Virus record (IMG/VR): IMGVR_UViG_3300037785_000022
Coordinates: 1-35,942 of that record
DNA: 35,942 nucleotides
Source: a virus
Taxonomy: Duplodnaviria; Caudoviricetes
Direction: 5' to 3' (one strand)
Each line of letters starts with the position of its first letter. Position 1 is the stretch's first letter. The notes under the pieces were generated by a model. It saw only the letters and a program-made list of their open reading frames with translations, did no database searches and was not told the DNA's origin. Positions 25,258 through 32,941 of the stretch are shown piece by piece. The position numbers were made by a program, and so were the translations under genes.

Positions 25258-25511
25258 TGGTTTACCGGGTCTTTTGGCAGTGGCATCCAGTGTGTTGGCT
25301 GATCGTTTTCTGTATAGTGTGATTTGCTGTTCCACCGTGTCCAGATCGGATTCCGGTGATTTTCCCACCACCAAATATCAATTTTCGTCAACTCATAATC
25401 CGACTTCATCCAGCCCAAAATATAAGTGCCGTCCTTTGGGGCTGTTTCTATCGGCATCCAACCGTTTGCGTCAGGTGTGTGGTCGTGGGTCATCTGAACG
25501 CGCTGGGGCAT
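25254..25511 (-). CDS. DUF551-like protein
   Basis: WMPIETAPKDGT.IL..PTHWMPLP motif. Confidence 0.8.
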   Translation of the reverse strand: MPQRVQMTHDHTPDANGWMPIETAPKDGTYILGWMKSDYELTKIDIWWWENHRNPIWTRWNSKSHYTENDQPTHWMPLPKDPVNQ

Positions 25512-25639
25512 CAGTCGTTCCTCCATCCGAAAAGCCACGCCCCAACGGTGAGGATGCCCATCACCGTGATCAGGAACGCGCCGACGGCCAGCCCCGCGAT
25601 GATCGCCCAGCCGACGATCTCGAAAATCTGGTTCGCCAT
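25511..25639 (-). CDS. 42 aa membrane peptide (not in ORF track)
   Basis: MANQIFEIVGWAIIAGLAVGAFLITVMGILTVGAWLFGWRND; GGAGG RBS; coupled to the next gene. Confidence 0.6.
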   Translation of the reverse strand: MANQIFEIVGWAIIAGLAVGAFLITVMGILTVGAWLFGWRND

Positions 25640-25659
25640 CACCCGTCCCTCCCCGGCAT

Positions 25660-25877
25660 CTGGTCTGGTTTTGCATCAATTCACGGAGAATGTCAGAAAA
25701 CTCCGGCTTTGTTTCATCCCGTGCCCATGCGTATAGCGTTTCGCGTGTAAGCCCTAGAACGCAAGCAAGACCCGCAACCGATGGGATGGGGTCGTCGAAA
25801 GCCTCGTGATCTGCAATGTAGTTTCTCGCCTTTTGCAGTATCTCGGGCTTGTAGTCTGTGGGTTTACCTCCAGCCAT
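25660..25877 (-). pseudogene. Truncated second terminase small subunit (P22 gp3-like DNA-packaging protein)
   Basis: MAGGKPTDYKPEIL..IPSVAGLACVLGLTRETLYAWA..EFSDIL; resemblance ends at ~aa 72, after which the frame runs out of frame through another gene. Confidence 0.75.
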
Positions 25878-25911
25878 ATGCGTTATTCTATCACGTTTCT
25901 TGCATTGAACA

Positions 25912-26017
25912 AGGTGCGCAGCCTTGCCGACAGGAAGAGGTCGCCTTGAGATCAGCTATCTGCGCGTGGCGTTTCGGGCAGAACTGTTTGTTGCGACCGA
26001 CCCGGCAACGTCCACTA
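25912..26017 (-). ncRNA. Candidate structured RNA, copy E2
   Basis: Homologous to 24819..24922; a U-G pair in GCUGA/UCGGC favours the minus strand. Confidence 0.6.
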
Positions 26018-26057
26018 GCCGCTGGCGTTTACCGGCCAGTCACGGTGACTCTGTAGA

Positions 26058-26264
26058 TCAACTGTATCTTGATGTGACGATATACATGTGTTCTGGCGTC
26101 ACCGCTTGATATTCGTCCCACCCCATAATGCGCCTGCTGTTGGCTGGCGGAAGTATCCAGTTTTTGCCGACTTGGCCGTGTGGGTGTTCTTCCGTTTTGC
26201 CGAGAAGGTATGCAATTTCGTTCTTGGCGTCTTTTGCTCGCTGTCTTTCAAGAAACGTGTCCAT
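26058..26264 (-). CDS. Hypothetical protein
   Basis: GAGGT RBS before MDTFLERQRAK. Confidence 0.55.
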   Translation of the reverse strand: MDTFLERQRAKDAKNEIAYLLGKTEEHPHGQVGKNWILPPANSRRIMGWDEYQAVTPEHMYIVTSRYS

Positions 26265-26587
26265 TTTGACCTCGTTTGCGGCCACACCGGATAGGGCTTG
26301 CGTCACGTCCCCGATATGGCCTTCCGCCTTGCGTAGCGGTTTGCAGGGCGTCCCCTGACGCGGCGTGACGGGCCTATCTCACCCCCTGACCTCAAAGCCG
26401 GGCGAGGATGGTTGCCCACTGTCGCCCGGTTCTGTTGCGTGCTTGCTTAAACCTGCGAGCGCCGCGAATATAATGCCAGCGCACGTTTTGACTGTGGCGC
26501 AGTTCGGTAGCGCGCGACCAACTCTGCGGAAAACCGTGACACTTTTTTTCGAGTGTTGATGTTGCGGTGTGCGCTGGCAGGATCAAT

Positions 26588-26788
26588 TTACTTGGCCTTC
26601 CCTTGGCCGTCAACGGCTTGTTCCCACTCCTGCCCCTCGCGTTGGAGCCGGATCATCGTGGCCTCCTGCTCGATGATGCTGTTGACCAGACCGGCGGGGT
26701 GGCCCTGGGCGATCTGGGCGCGCATCCAGAGGCGCAGGCTTTCGCGGATGGCTAGGGCGCTGGCGTCGAGCGTGGTGTCGTGGGTCAT
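26588..26788 (-). CDS. MTHDTT-family small protein, paralogue 1
   Basis: GGAGG RBS; similar to 25090..25257. Confidence 0.7.
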   Translation of the reverse strand: MTHDTTLDASALAIRESLRLWMRAQIAQGHPAGLVNSIIEQEATMIRLQREGQEWEQAVDGQGKAK

Positions 26789-27414
26789 GCCAGCCTCCAC
26801 ATCTTCGCTTTGCCGCTTCCGCATTTGACCTCGCCGATCTCCTTGACCTTGCCATTGAGGGCGAGGCGTTGAAGCGACTTGCGGGCGGCTTCAGAGGTGA
26901 TGCCGGAGGCTGCTGCAATGTCGCGGCTGGTGCCGGGCTGCTTGGAGAGAAAGCCCAGAACGATGTCGCGGGTTTGCTCCATCTTGCGCGTGTTGACGTG
27001 GTTTTTGTTGCGCGGAACGTGCTTTGCGCCCGGAACCGCCTGCCACATCTTTTTGCCAAACGCGCCGTCGCCGCCGAAGTCTACCGCGCGGCCCTCGTCC
27101 TTGAGCCGGTTTAGCCTGACCCTGACCTGCGCCTTGGTGATGCCGGTTTTCTCTGCCAGTTCGGCAACGCTGATCTTGTCGGCCATGTGCTTGAGAATGC
27201 GGTCGTCGGCTTTGCGCCTTTGGTCATCTGAGTTTATCAAAACCTGCTTGTGGCGGGCCTCTGCCGCTCGGGCGTTGTATTCCTCGCGCTTGCCCATCTC
27301 TGGCAGGGACGGCTTGTGGCCCTCTTTCTCGGCGAGACGCGCCCAGCGCAAGGCCAAGAGGTTCTCGGCGCGGGACGGGATGATTGCCTTGTCGTGAATG
27401 GTGATAGCGTTCAT
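26785..27414 (-). CDS. Protein with two winged-helix domains (candidate late regulator)
   Basis: ISVAELAEKTGITKAQVRVRLNRLKDEG and TSRDIAAASGITSEAARKSLQRLALNG. Confidence 0.75.
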   Translation of the reverse strand: MNAITIHDKAIIPSRAENLLALRWARLAEKEGHKPSLPEMGKREEYNARAAEARHKQVLINSDDQRRKADDRILKHMADKISVAELAEKTGITKAQVRVRLNRLKDEGRAVDFGGDGAFGKKMWQAVPGAKHVPRNKNHVNTRKMEQTRDIVLGFLSKQPGTSRDIAAASGITSEAARKSLQRLALNGKVKEIGEVKCGSGKAKMWRLA

Positions 27415-27689
27415 TTTCCGCGCCCCCGCTGTTTCCTTTGCAACTCCATACGCATTGCTATCATGGCTTCACCGTAAGCCTTTTCAGCATCTCCCATCAC
27501 GTCTTTCGCTGCGTCGGCGCAAAACACTTCACCGCTTGGCGCAGAGATTGGGAAATAACACGCCTCACCAGTCTCGGCATTAACAACCGCAACACCCCAA
27601 ACCTCAAACGGATGCGCGATCTGTTCGTTCATGTCGTGGATGTGCGGAAGGATGCCTTCCTTCGCCTCCTGCTCCCATTCGTAAATCAT
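27411..27689 (-). CDS. Hypothetical protein
   Basis: Coupled to neighbours at both ends. Confidence 0.65.
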   Translation of the reverse strand: MIYEWEQEAKEGILPHIHDMNEQIAHPFEVWGVAVVNAETGEACYFPISAPSGEVFCADAAKDVMGDAEKAYGEAMIAMRMELQRKQRGRGK

Positions 27690-28123
27690 GCGCGCACCTC
27701 TGGGGCGAATGGGATTTGGTCGTCCACGTCACCCGCGCCGCCCGTGCTGGCCCCATAGGCGCTGCCTGTGCCGTATGCGGTGGGGTTTGGCTGGTATCCG
27801 TCGGCGGTGTCCTCGCGCTGCTGACCGCCGCCCATGAATGTAAGGTCGTTGACCGCGATGCCCATGTAAACCTTGCCGTTGTATTCACGCGCTGTCGGGC
27901 GGCCCTGAAGCGTCAGCTTGCTGCCCTTGGTGATGTAGTTTTGCAGGCTCTCGGCGCGCTTGCCGAAGATGCTGGCGTCATACCACTTCGTGTCCCGCTT
28001 GTTGCCGTTGCGGTCCTTCCCCTGATCGACTGCCAGCGAGAAGCTAAGGATCGGGTCGCCGGATTGAGTGCGGCGCAATTCGGCGTCTTTACCTACCGTG
28101 CCTGCGATGATGAGCATTTCCAT
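27686..28123 (-). CDS. ssb: Single-stranded DNA-binding protein
   Basis: GTVGKDAELR..FSLAV..ITKGSKLTLQG OB fold; DDQIPF tail. Confidence 0.93.
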   Translation of the reverse strand: MEMLIIAGTVGKDAELRRTQSGDPILSFSLAVDQGKDRNGNKRDTKWYDASIFGKRAESLQNYITKGSKLTLQGRPTAREYNGKVYMGIAVNDLTFMGGGQQREDTADGYQPNPTAYGTGSAYGASTGGAGDVDDQIPFAPEVRA

Positions 28124-28124
28124 G

Positions 28125-28415
28125 TCAGTTTCCTTCCTTGATGCGTTGGCGGGCTGCTCGCTCGCCGTGCCAGATTGTCGTGTGGTCCTTGCGCCGTAGC
28201 AGGCGCGCGATCTGCGGGTAGCTGAGTTCGGTTTCCTCGCGCATCCGCAGCATCGCCTCTTGTCGGGGCCATGCGTATTTGCGGCGCTTGCTGGGGCTGA
28301 GAAGGTCAGACACCGTCAGACCGTGGCCCTCTGCTACCTCGCGGATGATCTCCTGCGCGGGCTTGCTGCGACGCGAAAACGTGATGCGAGTGGGCATGTC
28401 GTGAACGCTGGTCAT
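28125..28415 (-). CDS. Stand-alone DnaA C-terminal (domain IV) HTH protein
   Basis: VAEGHGLTVSDLLS..R..AWPRQEAM..SYPQIA..RKDHTTIWHG. Confidence 0.88.
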   Translation of the reverse strand: MTSVHDMPTRITFSRRSKPAQEIIREVAEGHGLTVSDLLSPSKRRKYAWPRQEAMLRMREETELSYPQIARLLRRKDHTTIWHGERAARQRIKEGN

Positions 28416-29014
28416 GCCCTGCCTCCTATTTCAAAGCTGGGCATATCCCGGCGCTTACGCTCTTGGTTAGCTCTTCTCAACTGCCTCGCGGCTTCATGCT
28501 TTTCTTTTCGCCACTGCTCACGCTTCAACGCAATGCCTTCATCTTGAGTGCTATCCTTGTCAGCAAAAAACAAGCCAGACCGATACGGCTTTAGCTCTTC
28601 GTCTGTCACTCCGAACCGCTCTTGCATGTCAAGGCAACGGCGGCCCCACAAAAAGTCATCGCCAACAGACTCACCGGCACGAATTCGCTTCGCCGCTATT
28701 TCCTCTGAGTCAGGCTTCCACTCACTTTGCGATGAAACTGGCCTCACGCCCGACTTGCGTATTGCCTTGGCGGCGTCCTTCATTTCTCCTTGCGTCGGCC
28801 AAGCCCTAGTCTTGGCATCTTCTGCCAACTGGTCAATGAACTCATCCCACCAATCCCGATATCCTTGCGACGGAGCAATGCGGTTGAGGGTGTGCAGCAA
28901 TGCGCTCATCTCATCACGCTGCGCCTGCGGCTTGTCTTTCAACCCCTGCGGCATTGATCTCCGATCAAGGTAACGCTGCAAACCTTCCGCCAGCCATTTT
29001 TGCCGTTCGTTCAT
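28412..29014 (-). CDS. Hypothetical replication-module protein
   Basis: 200 aa, coupled downstream of the initiator (the usual helicase-loader position); function not recognised. Confidence 0.7.
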   Translation of the reverse strand: MNERQKWLAEGLQRYLDRRSMPQGLKDKPQAQRDEMSALLHTLNRIAPSQGYRDWWDEFIDQLAEDAKTRAWPTQGEMKDAAKAIRKSGVRPVSSQSEWKPDSEEIAAKRIRAGESVGDDFLWGRRCLDMQERFGVTDEELKPYRSGLFFADKDSTQDEGIALKREQWRKEKHEAARQLRRANQERKRRDMPSFEIGGRA

Positions 29015-29706
29015 TGATTGCCCTCCTTCAATATGTCCATGAGGCTGATTGTGTTGCTTGGAGAAGGCTGCAAACGCCTTTCAATCCACGGAACTGGGTC
29101 TGTCACACCCGCCTTGTTGCAAGCTGAGAAGGCGTCGAACACCGCCTGATCTCCTGATGCTTTCCGCCACTTGCCGACTAACGCCCTAGCCTGCCGCTCA
29201 GGGACCGCGTGCCTGCCAAGAAATGCCACGCCACGATCAAACAAAACCTTTGCGAAATCGACGGCATCGCCGTCCTCTTCGTTAGAAGAGGTATCTGTAT
29301 CTGTATATGTATCTGTATGGTTGAACGCCTGTTGAACGCCCGTTGCCTTGTTGCTTTGATTTTGTTGCCTTTTTTTGGCGCTTGCTTTCCCTGCCGCGAT
29401 TGCATTTTTCAAGTCGTGCGAACGATCTGAAATTTCAATCTCGGCTCGATGGTTGGACAACATGCCGCCTTGGCGCGTGATCTTGCCAAGCGCCACCAGC
29501 TTGTCGAGCGTCTTGGTGAAGGTCTTTTCCCGCATCCCGCAGTATGTTGCCAGCCGCAGAGTGTTGTCCTCTATCGGGCCGCTTTCCTCATACATCCGGC
29601 ACAGAAGCATGGTGTAAAGGCCAACCTCTTGGGCCGACATACCGCGCACTCCGTCCATGAAGTCGGAGGGATAGAACCTGAAAAATGGTATTCTGCTTTT
29701 GGGCAT
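29011..29706 (-). CDS. Replication initiator, DUF1376/YdaU family
   Basis: PFFRFYPSDF..MSAQEVGLYTMLL..Y; internal repeats. Start set at MPKSR. Confidence 0.85.
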   Translation of the reverse strand: MPKSRIPFFRFYPSDFMDGVRGMSAQEVGLYTMLLCRMYEESGPIEDNTLRLATYCGMREKTFTKTLDKLVALGKITRQGGMLSNHRAEIEISDRSHDLKNAIAAGKASAKKRQQNQSNKATGVQQAFNHTDTYTDTDTSSNEEDGDAVDFAKVLFDRGVAFLGRHAVPERQARALVGKWRKASGDQAVFDAFSACNKAGVTDPVPWIERRLQPSPSNTISLMDILKEGNQ

Positions 29707-29783
29707 TGCCCCGCCTTTTCTTGGCAGGGACTTGCGCGGCATGGCCCCCCATGCTAGCTTTGCCCTGCGTTTCCTCACCACGC

Positions 29784-29812
29784 ACCATAGCCGCACCCAC
29801 GGCATTTTGCAA
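29784..29812 (-). promoter_or_regulatory. Sigma70-like promoter for the replication genes
   Basis: TTGCAA-17-TATGGT. Confidence 0.5.
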
Positions 29813-29841
29813 GCGCCTCGACTTCGGTCGGGGCGTTTCGC

Positions 29842-30123
29842 TTATGTGGCACCTATCGCTTTCAAAGCGGCTTCTGGGCTGTTGACGACAATCGCCTGCC
29901 CCTTCCATGCCCCGTGCCAATCTTCCTGCATCGGGGTCAGCTTCTGCGCGCTCGGGGCTTTGCCGCCGTCCTTCACCTCGATCAGGTAGTTCACCCCGCG
30001 CCAGCCGACGCACAGATCAGGGCAACCCATGCCGACGCGGTGAAGGTGCATAACAGTCGCGCCTACGCCCCGTAGGGCCGCAACAACGGCGCGCTGGTTG
30101 TCGTCTACCTTCGCGGCTCTCAT
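29842..30123 (-). CDS. VRR-NUC-like PD-(D/E)xK nuclease
   Basis: GCPDL.VG..LIEVK..LTPMQ..W. Confidence 0.85.
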   Translation of the reverse strand: MRAAKVDDNQRAVVAALRGVGATVMHLHRVGMGCPDLCVGWRGVNYLIEVKDGGKAPSAQKLTPMQEDWHGAWKGQAIVVNSPEAALKAIGAT

Positions 30124-30566
30124 TTATCGCTCTCCCATTTTGCAAGTTCAGGGTCGGTCAGATACACGCCTTCGCCGCGATAGTGCTGAGACATGGCGTC
30201 CATGTATTCCGTCATTTCCTTAGTCGTCATCGTGCTGGTCACGGCCAAGATGCCCCGCTCAAACACGCGGCATTTCTGCTCATAAGTCAGCCGCTCCGAT
30301 ACCTGCCGCCAGACCCAAGCCCACGCCGGGTCGCGCATCTTGATCGGAACGCCCCATGTCATGTGACACTCGCCTTTGACCTGAGCGGCGGTTCTGTCGC
30401 CGTAGTGCTTGGCAATCTCGCCATACCAGCGATGCAAAAGCGCATTGGCAGAAAGCGACCGCTTGCCGCCCTCTTTCCATGTGATCGTGAGGGGGCGAGG
30501 GAGGCCGACGATTAGATCGGCCACCTTTTTCGCCTCCTCTGCCGTGATGACGTGGCGGGTTATCAC
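30120..30566 (-). CDS. ninB: NinB-like recombination protein
   Basis: RSLSANALLHRW..IA..TSTMTTKEM..YMD. Confidence 0.8.
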   Translation of the reverse strand: MITRHVITAEEAKKVADLIVGLPRPLTITWKEGGKRSLSANALLHRWYGEIAKHYGDRTAAQVKGECHMTWGVPIKMRDPAWAWVWRQVSERLTYEQKCRVFERGILAVTSTMTTKEMTEYMDAMSQHYRGEGVYLTDPELAKWESDK

Positions 30567-30805
30567 GACATCCCCAGAGCGATGAGGTAAGTTTCCAGCA
30601 CCGTCTCCTGCTCGGCGCGGTCATCCGGCGACATCTTACGCAGCCGCACAACCTCGCGCATGATTGCCGTGTCGTAGCCTCGGCCTTTGGCTTCCGCATA
30701 GACATCCTTGATCTGGTCTTGGATTACCGCCTTTTCCTCGGTCAGGCTTTCGATGCGCTCAATGAACGATGCCAGTTCTTCGCCGTGTGGGTTCGCTGTC
30801 GTCAT
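30563..30805 (-). CDS. DUF2312/GapR-like nucleoid-associated protein
   Basis: LASFIERIE.L.EEK..IKDVYAEAKGRGYD..MR.VVRLRK..E..LE.Y..ALGM. Confidence 0.92.
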   Translation of the reverse strand: MTTANPHGEELASFIERIESLTEEKAVIQDQIKDVYAEAKGRGYDTAIMREVVRLRKMSPDDRAEQETVLETYLIALGMS

Positions 30806-30814
30806 GTCTCTCTC

Positions 30815-31024
30815 CTATTTGGCGTTGCGGGCTGCAATCATGGCGTCGGCCATACGATAAGCCTCTTTCGCAAAAACGCTTTCCGGCGCTTGTTCGTCAT
30901 TTGCCATAAGGCCGCAAAGAGCCTGCCCCGCAAACCAGTCGCGCAAGGACATGCCGGGCGCATATGGCGTTGCAGTCGTCTCAATGGGAAACGCAGGCCC
31001 GCCGTCTTCGATTTTGTCTGTCAT
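30815..31024 (-). CDS. Conserved phage hypothetical protein
   Basis: DGGPAFP..GMSLRDWFAGQAL..AY.MADAM motif; AAGGAG RBS. Confidence 0.8.
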   Translation of the reverse strand: MTDKIEDGGPAFPIETTATPYAPGMSLRDWFAGQALCGLMANDEQAPESVFAKEAYRMADAMIAARNAK

Positions 31025-31034
31025 GTCTGTCTCC

Positions 31035-31529
31035 TTATGCGCTGCGCATGGTGATGGTGGATGCGCCGATGCGGATTTCCGCGCCCGGCACGTCTTCGCC
31101 CGCGTCAAGCTGGGCCTTGATCGCTTTCTTGTCCGGCACACGCTTGATCTGGCAAAGCTGCGTCGGCAGGGCCTCTTCGTCGGTGATGTAAACCGATGCC
31201 GAGCCGTTGCGCCGTGTCAGGGTCGCACAGGCGCGCTCTGCCTTGCCTACACCCGCCGCATCCATGACGGCCAGCATCGCGGCCTTGTTCGCGTCTACGC
31301 GGGTCTCCATGCGGCTCCTGCGGGCCTTCAACGCAGCCTCGTGTGCCTTGAGCGCGTCGATCAGGTGCAGGTCGTTCTGCGTGTTCCAGATCAGCCGGTC
31401 GAGAATGTCGCCCGCATCCGTCTCGCCGGATAGCGTATCCCAGAAGGTTGCGTCGTCAAAGTCATCGCCAAGAATGTCGCGGATCATGTCAGCGACTGCG
31501 GCGATGGTGGCGGTGTCAATGCGCTTCAT
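31035..31529 (-). CDS. Siphovirus Gp157-like protein
   Basis: Coiled coil plus PDKKAIKAQL.AGEDVPGA; adjacent to ERF. Confidence 0.85.
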   Translation of the reverse strand: MKRIDTATIAAVADMIRDILGDDFDDATFWDTLSGETDAGDILDRLIWNTQNDLHLIDALKAHEAALKARRSRMETRVDANKAAMLAVMDAAGVGKAERACATLTRRNGSASVYITDEEALPTQLCQIKRVPDKKAIKAQLDAGEDVPGAEIRIGASTITMRSA

Positions 31530-32185
31530 GCCATCGTCCCCTTAAATGCAGCGTCAAACGTGTCATCGCCCTTCACGGCGGCGTCATGTGCGGCGTCGGT
31601 CTCGATCTCGGCCTTCCGCGCATCCTTGGCTTGGATCACGGCAGGCACGGCCTTCACGTCGCCCGGCAGGTCCATCCAGATTGCCTTGAGCGCGTCCAGC
31701 GTCTCGGCGTTGCCCAGCGCCCCGGTGGCGGCGTCTACGGCTTCCTTGGCCGGGTTTTGCGGCTTGGGCGCGGGCTTCTGGCGAGCGGGCGGCGGTGCGG
31801 CGGCTGCGGCGTTTCCATCGTCGTCGGTATCCGGTGCGATACCCGTTAAGCTTTCAAGCCCAATGCGCTTTGCATACGTGGTCGCAGACTTCATGCCTTG
31901 CATGTTGTTTTTGTCTACAATCAAAGGCACATCGCAATGAATGTGAGTGTCGGTTGCGCCGTGAGACAACGTAGTTCTCATCATCATTCCATCGCTGTCG
32001 CGGATCATGCTGTGATACATCGCAATGCCTTGATCCGACAAAGCAGGCACAACAACGGAAACAACATCAGCCAAGTCAGCGTAGCGGCTGCGGTATGCGG
32101 GATTTACTGATCCTTTAGTAACGCGCCCCATGTTCATCTGTGCGGCACAAAGTGCCATGTAGATATTTTTGTGTTCAGCCGTCAT
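31526..32185 (-). CDS. erf: ERF-family ssDNA annealing protein
   Basis: NPAYRSRYADL..QGMKSATTYAKR..L..GIA..DDDGN. Confidence 0.92.
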   Translation of the reverse strand: MTAEHKNIYMALCAAQMNMGRVTKGSVNPAYRSRYADLADVVSVVVPALSDQGIAMYHSMIRDSDGMMMRTTLSHGATDTHIHCDVPLIVDKNNMQGMKSATTYAKRIGLESLTGIAPDTDDDGNAAAAAPPPARQKPAPKPQNPAKEAVDAATGALGNAETLDALKAIWMDLPGDVKAVPAVIQAKDARKAEIETDAAHDAAVKGDDTFDAAFKGTMA

Positions 32186-32840
32186 TGTCTTGATCCTTTT
32201 TTACGAAGTGAAAGCCGCCGGTGTGGCTATACTTGCCAGCAAGAACTTTTCGTATGTTCTCACGATAAACCCCCAATTGCAGCGCAGCCTGAGTTATTGA
32301 TGGGAAAGTTTCTCCCGTTGTTGTGCAAAATACTTTACACGACGAGTAATCAACGCCTCTTGTTTTAACGCCTATTAAGTTCAGGTGATTGATCACTGTT
32401 TGCGTGCTTACGTTAAACATTTTGCCGATCTGTTGAGCGGTGTTGTCTTTGTAAAGCTGGGTAAGCACGTCATCATCGCAAAACGACTTGAACGATTTGC
32501 TATTTTTGCCAGAAGGTCTTTTTTTTCCTTTTAACGACGCTGATATTTTGTCGCCCCACCACCTGTGCGGGACGTTTACCCCTTTACCACCGAGAGCAAC
32601 ATTTGCATGGCAAAGCCCCATGCGCTTAAAGTTTGCAATGGCGTCAGACTCAAAAAACATGGCCTCATCTGCTGTGTCGTGATTTGAAATCACAAAAGCG
32701 GAAAAGCCATCCTTGGCAAACCTACGCCACAGCTTAGACCTGTTTCCGGTTACATGCAGACGCTTGCCAGAGCCTTTCCCGACATAGAAAACGCCATGTG
32801 TTTCGTTTTCATGGGCATAGACGTAATGCATCATTTGCAT
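32175..32840 (-). CDS. GIY-YIG homing endonuclease with NUMOD-type DNA-binding modules
   Basis: YVYAH..FYVGKG..R..E..N.GG.G; KISASLKGK; TGETFPSITQAA..HTGGFHF; low GC. Confidence 0.85.
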   Translation of the reverse strand: MQMMHYVYAHENETHGVFYVGKGSGKRLHVTGNRSKLWRRFAKDGFSAFVISNHDTADEAMFFESDAIANFKRMGLCHANVALGGKGVNVPHRWWGDKISASLKGKKRPSGKNSKSFKSFCDDDVLTQLYKDNTAQQIGKMFNVSTQTVINHLNLIGVKTRGVDYSSCKVFCTTTGETFPSITQAALQLGVYRENIRKVLAGKYSHTGGFHFVKKDQDNDG

Positions 32841-32882
32841 TGCTCCTTATGCTCTATCATCGTGTCCTCCGTTGCTTATAGG

Positions 32883-32914
32883 TTGCATCATAGCCATGCC
32901 TTAGCTATTGTCAA
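32883..32914. promoter_or_regulatory. Overlapping divergent sigma70-like promoters
   Basis: Leftward TTGACA-16-TATGAT (32914-32887); rightward TTGCAT-17-TATTGT (32883-32911). Confidence 0.7.
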
Positions 32915-32941
32915 CGCCAGAGAAAGCCAATGGAGGGCCAA

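Noticed and set aside
25254-25877. Single 207 aa gene
   Set aside because: Better explained as a terS remnant, an out-of-frame read through a membrane-peptide gene, and a DUF551 gene with its own start.
26020-26050. ZTP riboswitch-like GTGACTGGC on the minus strand
   Set aside because: It forms a simple local hairpin, lacks the downstream CGCCTGGGC element and is absent from copy E1.
26488-26560. tRNA gene
   Set aside because: Only a D-arm-like segment is present; there is no proper anticodon arm, GTTCRA T-arm or acceptor stem.
32175-32860. Group I intron in erf
   Set aside because: There is no non-coding room for a ribozyme core, and erf has its own RBS and start.
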